Below, one piece after another: positions 52,961-64,000 of a DNA stretch of 64,000 bases. The DNA is from Eledone cirrhosa (Eukaryota). The notes beneath the pieces are model-generated. The model ran no database searches, had not been told where the DNA came from, and saw nothing but the letters and a program-made list of their open reading frames with translations. The first letter of the stretch is position 1; each line of letters starts with the position of its first letter. The DNA is taken from positions 173,476,001 to 173,540,000 of the forward strand of contig OZ024742.1 in NCBI GenBank assembly GCA_964016885.1, in the 5' to 3' direction. A program made the translations under genes and the position numbers.

Positions 52961-55739
52961 CAGTTCTTTTCTTTATGTTCATCATGCCATGTAACCTACA
53001 CTAGATTGGTTCTAAAGACTCGTTATTCGGTGATATTTCTCACATATAAAGATGCAAAAAACATTGTGATATCATCTTCCAAATTTTCTGAGAGAGATAC
53101 ATTACTACCCTAAACACCTATAGATTCTGGAGACTTTTTAATATGATTTGGAGGCCTTAGGCACAATAATTCATTATAGACTTAAAATTAGCTTTAATGA
53201 AGAAACTTTGCAAGATTGTCTACTTGTGAAGTAAAGTGAAGAAAACGATAAAATCTAGAAAGAAAGAAACAACGAAGTGATAAACGTCAACGTGTGCCGA
53301 GAGAATAGGACGAAAGGGATACGAGGTGAAAGACTAGGAGAATGTAAGCCAAATTAACACGAATTTCACGTTAATTTCATGAGCAATTGAATACTCATCG
53401 TTCAAACCGATGAAGGTGCATTCTAGCCTTAACAATGGCATTCACCACCATTCTGTACTAAAAAGGTATTCGAGTAATCAATTCTTCTCAAAGGTTATGA
53501 TGAAAAGAGAATGGAACTACTTCAAATTCAAATTACATATTGTACAGCTCACAGCTCACACTGAACTAATTTATCTTCATTTGCTGCTGGTGTTCTACAT
53601 TTACACAATATTATCCCGCGGCATCACTCACATAACGCAAGCTTCATTTAATCAACTTGTCATATAAAATCTCGTTGTCGTTGATTCTGTTCTTAAGTAG
53701 AGCTGATCAGTTCCCTTACCTCTAACATTTGGTCCCGAGTTAAGCATATCGATCATGTAGAATTACATTTTAATCTTTAAAACACTCGATATGGCAATCT
53801 TCCTCATTATTTAAGACTGTTATATACAGTATACTCTAAGATTCTAAGATACAGTAATTACCATGTAGGATTCATTATGTCACACACACAGAGATCTATA
53901 TATTATGCTATCCATTCTACCCTGATATAATTGTAGACAAGTGAATTGGTAGTGGCGTTAAGGCCTAGGACAAAATGTCGTGTGACATTTGCTCAAACGA
54001 GTTAGCTTTAACATTCACCTTTTTAGGGTCGATGAAATAAAGTATAAGTTCGGAGAATGATGGATTGGTGGAATTGTCAGAGTCTTGGCCATTACACCTT
54101 GCTGTATTTTCCCAGTTCCAGGCGTTCTAAATGCGAGAATCTTGATATTAAACAATCTATTGGTTTAACACCGAAAATGATTTAGGATATTCTAGCGGAT
54201 TCACACTATTGCGAACATTCATATCAGACTACTGGTTTGAGAATAACATTCATTTGTTTTCCTGGAGATTCAGAGATGGTGAACATAAAGGAAGAACTGT
54301 AGACGCTGCCTTTCCTTCGCTGTCTAAATGGTAAATAAAAGCTTTCCGCTAATTATGAGAGTAGGGACATGTTTTGTATTCGATATTTTTATTGCACAAT
54401 GTAATCTGTTTTGATGGATCAATTAAAATCACTATTTACTTAACAGTTTCACTTTTCTTAACATTTAACTCTATCCATCAACATTTCACTTGATTTATTT
54501 GAAGAGTAATATATATAGTTGCGAATTGGTAAGGTCGGCCTAGCATCAGAATAATGATATCAGTATTTGCTCCGGCACTCCGCACTCAACTTTGCCACTC
54601 GTCTTTTCTGGGTTGAATTTTTACAGTCCAAACGTATTGGATTATTGGGATTATTTTGACCTCGTATGAGATGATATGTGTTATCTGATCCAACACTGTG
54701 CATAATGATTTCATATCCAAGACCCTCTACTATGAAAAGGGACCGGCAGATAGTATCAGCATTTTAATGGCCAAAGAAAAGAGTTTCCATGGTTTAATCT
54801 GAAGATCATCTTCTATTGTTTCTATTACATATATAACCTGACAAATGGGAACTATTCCTAAGATTCTTGGCAATATAATTAACTATTCAATACGTCTTAG
54901 AGTGTTTTTGAAAAAAAAAAGAATTTTACAATGAAGACATTAAACATATCTTTGAAGTATATATGTGTTTAGGAGAATGTGTACTTAATATAACTTGCAC
55001 ATATTTATCCCTAGCGACAGGAAATTAACTGTTAATGAAGTGATAAACTACTATGATGATTTGAAAATTAAATAAAAATAATTAATAAAGCAAAGTTAAT
55101 GGGTGGGCTCCTAATTAACAATTACGTCATAGTAGATAGCCTGTTGAAACACGTCTAGATATTTTTCTTTACTTCAAAAATAAGCTGTATTTCTATATTG
55201 TATTGAATAGCTAAGAACATAAGACATATAGGCACATCGAAAAAGGAAATGAATATCATATAAGAGCATGAGGCATGTGAGCCATGGATGACACGCATTT
55301 TAAATACAATCTCTAGGGATATATAAATAAAACATGCCTTATATGTTCAACAGTTTTCTTCTTATTTGAAACGTTTGGATATCTTAGTATGCCTCTGCAA
55401 TTATCAAACAAACTGTTGATGTTGCCACTATTCAGCCACGGACAAATATGTCCCTTTCATGTTGTCTATTGTAAGATGTTCTTGCCCATTTATAGAAAGG
55501 GTATATGCCCGTTTTCTAGCTCACGAATAGTTTCTTTGTAAAATTACAGTTGACGCTGAAAGTAGAGTGGATTATTTCACCTGGAACTTCTTAAACCCTC
55601 GGCAGTACATTCCAGCATTTAACGAGATGTAGGATTCTGACACCCATCATTTTCCACGACAGATTATTCGTTGTTTCTTGTGTTATATTATAGTTGTAAA
55701 TTACGCCTTCTCATCACTATTACAATCAGAAGAGGGCAG

Positions 55740-55945
55740 GCTTTGTCCGTATCGGTAAAGCGTCGTGCAGTGGGATTTGTGGCATGCAGTTACGTCCCTT
55801 TACGATCTGAGTTCTAATGGTGAGCTCTACATTTCATCGTTCTGGGTCGATAAAATTAAGTACCAGTAATGCACTGGGGTTAATTAAGTTGACTTTCCTA
55901 TTCCCTTCAAGCTGCTGGCATTGTGCCGAAAGTAGAAAATATATT
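55740..55945 (+). mobile_element. Older SINE family A-related copy
   Basis: gttacgtccctttacgatctgagttc..gggtcgataaaattaagtaccagtaatgcactgggg..gtagaaa. Confidence 0.75.
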
Positions 55946-56790
55946 ATGATTATATGTATTTGTATATTTACTTGAACCAGACTGGGATGTTCCATGGAGT
56001 GGCATAATAATCTTTAATGGAAATAACTATAGGTTCTTATGGACCTATATTTAACATGAAATATATATACACATATACACAAAACATTACTGCCATCAAA
56101 ACAATATATAAATCAACTTCCAGCAGAATATCCCAGGATGTGTTATTCTTAAGATCTAAAGTTCTGCTGAGGTGAAATATTACTCGCGTTAATCAGATCA
56201 TAAGAACATATTGAAAATACAAAGTATCATTTCAAAGAATGTACTACTGCACCTACATTGACACATGTCTGTTGGAATTGCAGGTGAACATATCAGGAAT
56301 ATATCACACGTTATGATCTCAACACGGCCAAGAAAACAGGAACGAACAGTAAGTAAGTTATGGTTGTTTCGGGTTTAGAATAAAAACAGAAAGGTAGGAA
56401 GTGTTGCTATCAAAGTTAAAAATGATGGGAAGGTTGAAAGAAGAAAAATAAAATATAAAACGTTGGGTATTTACAAAAAGTGACTAGTGATTTGTATTTT
56501 GTGGAGGCTGCTGAGATGTCTGTGTGTGTGTGTGTGTGTAGTCGTTAGTTCTATTGATCCAAAAATATATTTTGGTTAAGATCAACAGCTGTTGGGTCTT
56601 GCTTAACGTTTTCTTTGAGAGGTTGTTTATCGCAGAGGATTAACATTTTCTGAGAAAATATTATCATAGTTTGTTGCCAGAATGAAAGTGCTATAATATT
56701 GTTGGAAGAATATTCAACGAGACGATTGCATAAATGTTGGTGTGTTTTTACAGTAACAGATGAACTGCAGATCAGGAATCTCATATGTGC

Positions 56791-56866
<76 letters not shown>

Positions 56867-57686
56867 TATATATATATATAAAGAGTGAGAGAGAGAGAGA
56901 GAGAGAGAGAGTGAGAGAGATATGTGTGTATATATATGTGTAATATATATATAATATGCCTATAATATACAAATATATATAATATACATATATACGTATA
57001 TATATATATAAATATATATATACACACACACACGCTCTCTCTCTCTCACACACACACATACACACACACACATGTATTTATACTTGTATATACATATGTG
57101 TGTGTATGTACGCTCATGGTTTTTTTTTATTTCTGTTAATTCCAATTCAAATCCTACAGTGTATACATCATTTTAGTGTTTTTGTCCTCTTTATTTAATG
57201 TTTACTTGTCGATTAAGTGCATTAGATTAAATAAATACCTTCATATTTATTTATTTTTCTTTTAGAATTTATTTTAGTTGTAATAGATTTGTATTTATTG
57301 AAAACCGATATATTGAACGATATTTTAATGTTTCATTTGAAAATGCATGCATTTAGAGAATCGAAAATATATTTTAGCTAATCGATCTTTATATGCTTAA
57401 AATTCGATTGGTTTATATAACCCTAGTTTTACCACCATGGAGGGGCGTGCCTTAATGGGCATGGTCGAGTGTGTAGCAATGCTGGCCATTTGAATTACAG
57501 GTACAATTCTTTTATTTCCACTTGAAACAGCTTGATGCAACATGAAATAAAAAATAAAATGTTTTGCTTAAGAATACAATCTACCATCAAGTATTGCATT
57601 TGCTGGTCTACGATCATGAGCCTAGCCACTATGCCACGTGAGATGGAAACGTTTCAAAGCTTCAACAAAACTATTTGCTCTTCTCA

Positions 57687-58598
57687 TCTATATATATAAA
57701 ACTGTGGTTGTCTGTCTGTCTATCGATTTTTGGCACACATCTCCTCTTAGAATCTCTCATGGAATTCCACCGAAATTGCTATACTTGTACATTGAGCCCT
57801 AGCGAAGACATCGGAAAAAAAAATTTCAAATTGACCCACCCTATGTGACGAAATCGAATATAATGTATCGATTTTTGAGCGTAAGTGATCAGTTATTTCC
57901 CTTTGTTCTGTTTACATTGAAGTCTTACGTAAAAAATTACACTGGCTTTAACAGTTGTCGAGCCAGCAAAATATTGACCTACAAAATTCATCAGTTCGAA
58001 CACTAAGCTTCCGTTTTGCTTCATTTCCATTTAAAAGCATTTTAAAACAATATTTTTACTTGAAAACAAGTCTATTTAAAGACTACGTAAAACAAGCAAA
58101 TATTTCGTCGTTAGGCGTGCAGACAGACAGTCGTGCAGACAGACAGTCGTGCAGAGAGGTGATATACGCGTGCAGACAGACAGTCGTGCAGAGAGGTGAT
58201 ATAGGCGTGCAGACAGACAGTCGTGCTGAGAGGTGATATATGCGTGCAGACAGACAGTCGTGCAGAGAGGTGATATAGGCGTGCAGACAGACATAACTGA
58301 TAATTTGGTTACGCTAATGTTTTTCTCTGCGTTGCAGTGTTTACATTTTCGATCTTTGTTAATAAATAACCAGTGCAGTTTCTATCCCCAGCATCCTCTT
58401 TTGTTATAACATTCGGGTTATCGTTATGTTTTCTTAACTTCATAAGGCATATTGTTGGTTGAGGGAATATTAATCAAAAACACCACATGCAAGTCTGCAC
58501 AGTAGACACTACAGTTTTTAAGCCAAAAAAGCAACTTAACATTGTAACTTTAACACAGCTACTGAGCGACCCCGAGCAACGCCGGGCTTTACTGCTAG
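57687..58598 (+). mobile_element. Non-autonomous Helitron
   Basis: A|TC start (tctatatatataaaactg), subterminal hairpin cccgagcaacgccggg at 58571-58586, CTAG|T end, no TSD. Confidence 0.82.
58114..58292. repeat. 37-bp minisatellite inside the Helitron
   Basis: Unit ggcgtgcagacagacagtcgtgcagagaggtgatata with starts at 58167/58204/58241/58278. Confidence 0.95.
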
Positions 58599-59524
58599 TA
58601 TACGATATATTTACTGCTATTTTATAGTTGGAAATTGTAACACAAAAATTAATAGCATTTTTTGGAAAGCCAGTCAATTTTAAATGGAAAATGTGTCTTC
58701 TAGTCTCGTCAACGATTGATATTTCCGTCGAGCAGATGTTTGCGCCGTCTCTTTATATGCATTATTTAATATTGTACTACTATTAACTATAATTGTCCAC
58801 AACATGAAAGATAGTATTAATTCAATCTGTTTATATAGAAAACAATCCATTTTGTTCTGAACATAGAAGATATTAAGATAAATAATGCATGCATACGCAC
58901 TGACTTATAGTCTTGTTCAATAAAATAATTTGAAGATATACAACGCCATAATTACAAATCTCTCCATCGTTTTTAACGCTTGAATATCATGAACTTGTGA
59001 AACCGGTAGAGTTATAAATGTTTATATTAACCTTCTTAAAGACTCCAATTACATTTTCAAATTCATTTTCCTATATTTTTACCCGTGTGGGATATATTAA
59101 AAAAACTTACTTTCGAATATATACCCCTCCCATACACACAAACACACAGATGCACGTGCATACACACACACACAAACTCACACACACACACGCACATACA
59201 ACCACCCACACAAGCACACATACACACACATACACACACATATATATATATATATATATAATAATAATAATTATAGGTGGATTCCTGATAGGGATTAGGA
59301 GGGAACCACGGTTAACAAACGGTAGTCAATACAATGGTAGAGTATAGATATCTTTGCTTTATACAGAAATGATTGTAGAGTACTGACCTAATTCAAATCT
59401 CATTTCATATTTCACTTGAAGAGGAAAATTAGGGTGGAGATCGAAGTGCTGCCTTCTAACTAGTTTGTTGGATAGTGGATGAGACTGTCGAGCATGCCTT
59501 CATTATACGTCTGTAGATTGATGT

Positions 59525-59825
59525 TTCCACTTCCTTCTAAGGGCTTGCTCCGGTATAGCCAATAATATTCCCTCTGTATCTTTCTTAAGGTCCCCTTTCT
59601 TTAACCAGCCCCATGTGTGCTGATATATAAGTTTTGTTTAATTTTAGAAAATGCTATGAAGCGCTTAATAATCCAGATTGTTCTTGCTCTTTGCCGTTAT
59701 TTCTTTCTTGGATATCGCCTTGTCTATTATCTCCTTCTTCAATACAGCATTAAGAATTGGTTCGTTACTCTCAGACATACATTTATATAATCAACCCTTC
59801 TCCATTTGAACACTGTCATATATTT
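59525..59825 (-). pseudogene. R4/Dong-clade non-LTR retrotransposon fragment
   Basis: Minus strand TWGWLKKGDLKKDTEGILLAIPEQALR and SESNEPILNAV resemble the WLxxGxLKxETEGxxxAxQxQALR region. Confidence 0.7.
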
Positions 59826-60207
59826 TGATGATTCATTTTCACCTGATGAGATCAGTCATAATCGATCATGGCTTCACATTCGATCTATCTCTTATTGAAA
59901 CATGTGTCGTGATTAAATGATTGGAATTTTACCTTGCCTTCAGATTTTCATTTTGATACTTATACTCCGTTTTACATCATCTAGCTGTTCACTTGAATGG
60001 AACTGGAGATATACAAAAGCGTGGAGAACTTAATATTGCTAACATAAATTTATTGGACCATTTTACACAACCAATAATGCACCGTACTATATAACAACTA
60101 TACATATATATATATATATATATGTTTGAGTGTGCATGTAAATCTACATGTATATCTGTGCTTATGCCTGTTTCATACAACCATAGTGTTAACTCATATT
60201 TGATACA

Positions 60208-60319
<112 letters not shown>

Positions 60320-60494
60320 TAGATACATATATAGATGTATACACACATTTAAATATTCATACATTTATACACACATAAAAATACATGCGCGCATCTATAC
60401 GTACATCCAATTACAATCTTACCTAAGTATATAAAACCATCAACCACATATACACACACACTCACACACATACACACATACATACATACATACA

Positions 60495-60547
<53 letters not shown>

Positions 60548-60550
<3 letters not shown>

Positions 60551-60836
60551 TGTTAAAACAATCAAATTTTAGTTCAGAAAATTTATTAGCTAACAATTGT
60601 TTCTTCCAGAGGGAAGTCTATTTCATCGGAGCATAAGGAATGTCGAAAACGTGCAACTAGAATCTTACTCATTTAGAAAATTTAGAGTACATAATTGTTA
60701 TTAGCGTCAAAGGCATCGTAAGGAGATTCAGGAGTTAAAAAGATGTTCCGCTTGAAATAACACAATTACAGGCAGCACTGGTCATACCGGTAATGGCTAG
60801 TACTTAGTACTACCCTACATATTTATAGTTATATAA

Positions 60837-60838
<2 letters not shown>
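60548..60838 (-). mobile_element. PLE terminal fragment between (TA)n tracts with degenerate HHR at 60589-60632
   Basis: gct-CCGATGA-..ttcc-ctct-ggaa-GAAA-caattg-TT-agc. Confidence 0.55.
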
Positions 60839-60879
<41 letters not shown>

Positions 60880-60882
<3 letters not shown>

Positions 60883-61256
60883 TAAAAGGAAAAGAAAGTG
60901 CTGACAAATTGTTCCCAGTGAAAAATAGTTTAATTAGGAATAAGTAAAAATTAGTAATAAGTATTGGTTAGTATTCAGTTTTAGTTTTAAGTTTATACCG
61001 TTTGCGCATTTCAAATGCTTTTCAAAAATAATTTTGAGATAGAGCGCCCGTGATATTTGCTCTAATCTGATTAGAGCAAACATCACGGGCGCTCTGTCTC
61101 AAAATTATTTTTGAACAGCTTTTGAGATGCGCTAACGGTAAAAACTTAAAACTAAAACTGAATACTAACCAATACTTATTACTAAGTTTTACTTATTCCC
61201 AATTAAACTACTTTTTACTGGGAACAATTTGTCAGCATTTTCTTTTCCATTTACCA
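60880..61256. repeat. ~375 bp near-perfect palindrome between (TA)n tracts
   Basis: Centre gctctaatc-t-gattagagc at ~61068; arms align end to end with scattered mismatches. Confidence 0.93.
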
Positions 61257-61292
61257 ATATATCACAACTCGTGTGTTACACCTCTATTCTTT

Positions 61293-61360
<68 letters not shown>

Positions 61361-61615
61361 TTAGTTAAGCAAAATAAGACCACACATTTCACATGGAAGA
61401 CATTATTAAAATATTATCAACATATTTTAGTTTGATGTAAGGAATGTAGAGAATAATAATAATAATAATGTCCGTTTACAATTTTTTCGCTACTCCATAT
61501 TATATTTCTGGATCAGATAACTATATATCATAATTGATCTGGTTCAGTTGAAAATAATTAACATATTCAAAAGACAGAGCCGCTCATCGGAACTTCAAAG
61601 GAATATAAATTAAAA

Positions 61616-61756
61616 TAATTGTTTTTACTTTTGGCACAAGGCCAGCAATTACCCAGTCTATTACTGGCACTTTATTTTATCGACCTCGTAAGGATGAAAG
61701 GCAAAGTTAACCTCGGCAGGATTTGAACTCAGACCGTAAAGGGACGTAACTATGCT
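61616..61756 (-). mobile_element. SINE family A inside the left pseudo-LTR arm
   Basis: Family body; absent from the homologous position at ~26770. Confidence 0.88.
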
Positions 61757-63472
61757 CGAAATGAGAGAATGTTAGATAATATAATGTTCCATATATTGGT
61801 TTTCACTATGGTGTCTTGGTTGCATCAGTTGTCAGCCATAATCAAACAGTATTCATCTGTCGAGGCTGCATTGGTGAGATCTGCCTATGGGTAACAAGTT
61901 GGCTGCCAAAGGACATATTTACCTTACTAATTAGAGGGTGGTTTCATGGGAAGTAACTCCTCCAGAGATTAGAAATTGTGAGTATTTATAGTTAACTGCT
62001 AATTTTTAAATTTTTTAATTGAGAGACAATGTAGGGGAGGTAACTTATTATTATCTAAGTTGTTCATAGCTATTTAACTTATTAGCTACAAGTAAAAATG
62101 GTGCTAGATGACTAAGTTGGGTCAAATATTCCATTGGCGAAGGAATTAGCCCTTCGATGTTGAGAGCTAATAGTTACCTCCGTTCAATCGCTAATCGGTA
62201 GACGTCGTGATAGAGTTATGTAATATGCTTCTGTAATACAGAGATCACAAGATTCTCTTCGTCCATTGAACGGTTGGGCCCTAGCCACGATATCCCATTT
62301 TAGTGAGTGTTGAACGTTGTTTAATTTAAGCTTTTTTAATGAACATAGCTAGCGATGTCGAACATCTGTTGCTAGGGTCTCGGAAGGATAAAGAGTGCGC
62401 GTTATAGCGTATCTTAAAAGGGTTAGAGATAGACCCTATATAGGAGCTGGTATTCGAAGCAGTTTTAACCGTGCACCTATAGACTATGTTGGGTGTAAGG
62501 CAGTGTCCATTTAATGGGCATGCATTGGGATAACGGCAGTTGCAGTTGCTTCTGCGGTTAGTGAGAGTAGGGTAGTTGAAGCTAAGCGGTAGGTCAGTGC
62601 TAGAAGGATTAGATGAGGGAGTTGTGCTACTAGAGTAATTATTGGTGTAGTGGCGTGGTGTATTTGATAGGGGTGGTTGTACCGCGGTGTGGCTGTTATA
62701 CTGTCTTAGTTTATGATGGTTACTGAATGCGATGTGGCTAGCTAGGTTAGGTGTTGAGGAGAATGAGATGTTAATGTTATTTTTATTAAAGAGTTTGTAA
62801 TAGCTATGGCTGGGGGTGGAAATGTTTTCCTTCCGAGACGCTAGCAACAGATGTTCGACATGGCTAGCTAGGCTCATTAAAAACCTTAAATTAAACAACT
62901 TTCAACACTCACTAAAATGGGATATCGTGGCTAGGGCCAAACCGTTCAATGGACGGAGAGAATCTTGTGATCTCTGTATTACAGAAGCATATTACATAAC
63001 TCTATCACGACGTCTACCGATTGACGATAGAACGGAGGTAAATATTAGGTGTCAACATCTAAGGGTTAATTCTTTCGCCAATAGAACATTTGACCCGACT
63101 CAATCATTATAGCCCCATTTTTACTTGTAGCTAATAAGTTAAATAGCTATGAACAACTTAGATAATTATAAGTTACCTCCCCTACATTGTCTCTCAATTA
63201 AAAAAATTAAAAATTAGCAGCTAACTATAAATACTCACAATTTCTAATCTCTCGAGGAGTTACTTACCCCGAAACCACCCTCTAATTAGTAAGGTAAATA
63301 TGTCATTTGGCAGCCATCTTTTTACCCATAGGCAGATCTCACACAATGCAGCCTCGACAGATGAATACTGCTTGATTATGTCTGACAACTGATGCAACCA
63401 AGACATCATAGTGAAAACCAATATAAGGAACATTATAGTATGTAACATTCTCTCATTATTTTAATTTAGTAC

Positions 63473-63532
63473 ATAAAGTACCAGTAATGCACTGGGTAAT
63501 TGCTGGCCTTGTGCCTAACGTAGTAACAATTA
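63473..63532 (+). mobile_element. SINE family A 3' fragment inside the right pseudo-LTR arm
   Basis: ataaagtaccagtaatgcactgg..aacaatt flanked by attattttaattta duplicates. Confidence 0.8.
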
Positions 63533-64000
63533 TTTTAATTTATATTCCTTTGAAGTTCCGATGAGCCGCTCTGCCTTTTATATATGTTAATTATTTTCAA
63601 CTGAACCAGATCAATTATGATATATAGTAATCTGATCCAGAAATGTCATATGGAGTAGTGAAAAAATTGTAAACGGACATTATTATTATTAATATTATTA
63701 GTATTATTATTATTCTCTACATTCCTTACATCAAACTAAAATATATTAACAATCTTTTAATAATGTCTCCCTTGTGAAATTTGTGGTTTTATTTTGCTTA
63801 ACTAATGAATATTACCAGCTCTGCGCACCTACCTTCTCCACGAACCCAGCCACCTAGCTGCGTTCTACTGCATATTGCACATTGAGCATATGCCTCATTT
63901 TTTTCGCTAACATTTTGAATGACCCGCCTAAAACCGGGGGTTATTTCCCTTGCCGGAATTAACACGTGATAGCTATAGATACGATAAGCAGCATGTAGCA

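Larger units (their letters stand above)
61357..63895 (-). mobile_element. Neptune-like PLE 3' end as a long inverted duplication (same family as 26405-28455)
   Basis: 61357-62390 is inverted at ~62826-63810. GIY-YIG on the minus strand: CNCRYPNACPLNGHCLTPNIVYRCTV..SYIGS..FKIRYNAH. HHR with CCGATGA core at 63555-63674 (+) and its mirror. Confidence 0.92.

Noticed and set aside
56284-56353. Small exon candidate (ttgcag...gtaagt, one open frame)
   Set aside because: Poor pyrimidine tract, no recognisable peptide and no partner exons; it would need RNA-seq.
60880-61256. A-to-G editing signature between palindrome arms
   Set aside because: The mismatches I compared are mixed in type and direction.

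Overview
AT-rich eukaryotic DNA made almost entirely of repeats, with no recognisable host protein-coding exon. The recurring tRNA-derived SINE and dense (TA)n/(CA)n tracts suggest an octopus or other cephalopod genome (inference from memory, not a database search). The dominant feature is a cluster of Penelope-like elements (PLEs; RT plus GIY-YIG endonuclease) and short non-coding fold-back derivatives, most sitting in or against (TA)n microsatellites. By eye I find about 15 intact or degenerate type I hammerhead ribozyme (HHR) motifs (CUGANGA...GAAA-short, often palindromic, loop-UH) in their terminal repeats, including variants with an 80-95 nt stem II insert and a recurrent CCGAUGA core. 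Also present: young SINE copies with target-site duplications (TSDs), three Helitron-type elements, decayed Hero-, RTE-, CR1/Jockey- and R4-type LINE fragments, and a retroposed 5' half of a pre-tRNA-Tyr. Most ORFs in the track ([14 protein letters not shown]) are microsatellite artefacts. Coordinates are hand-read and approximate.
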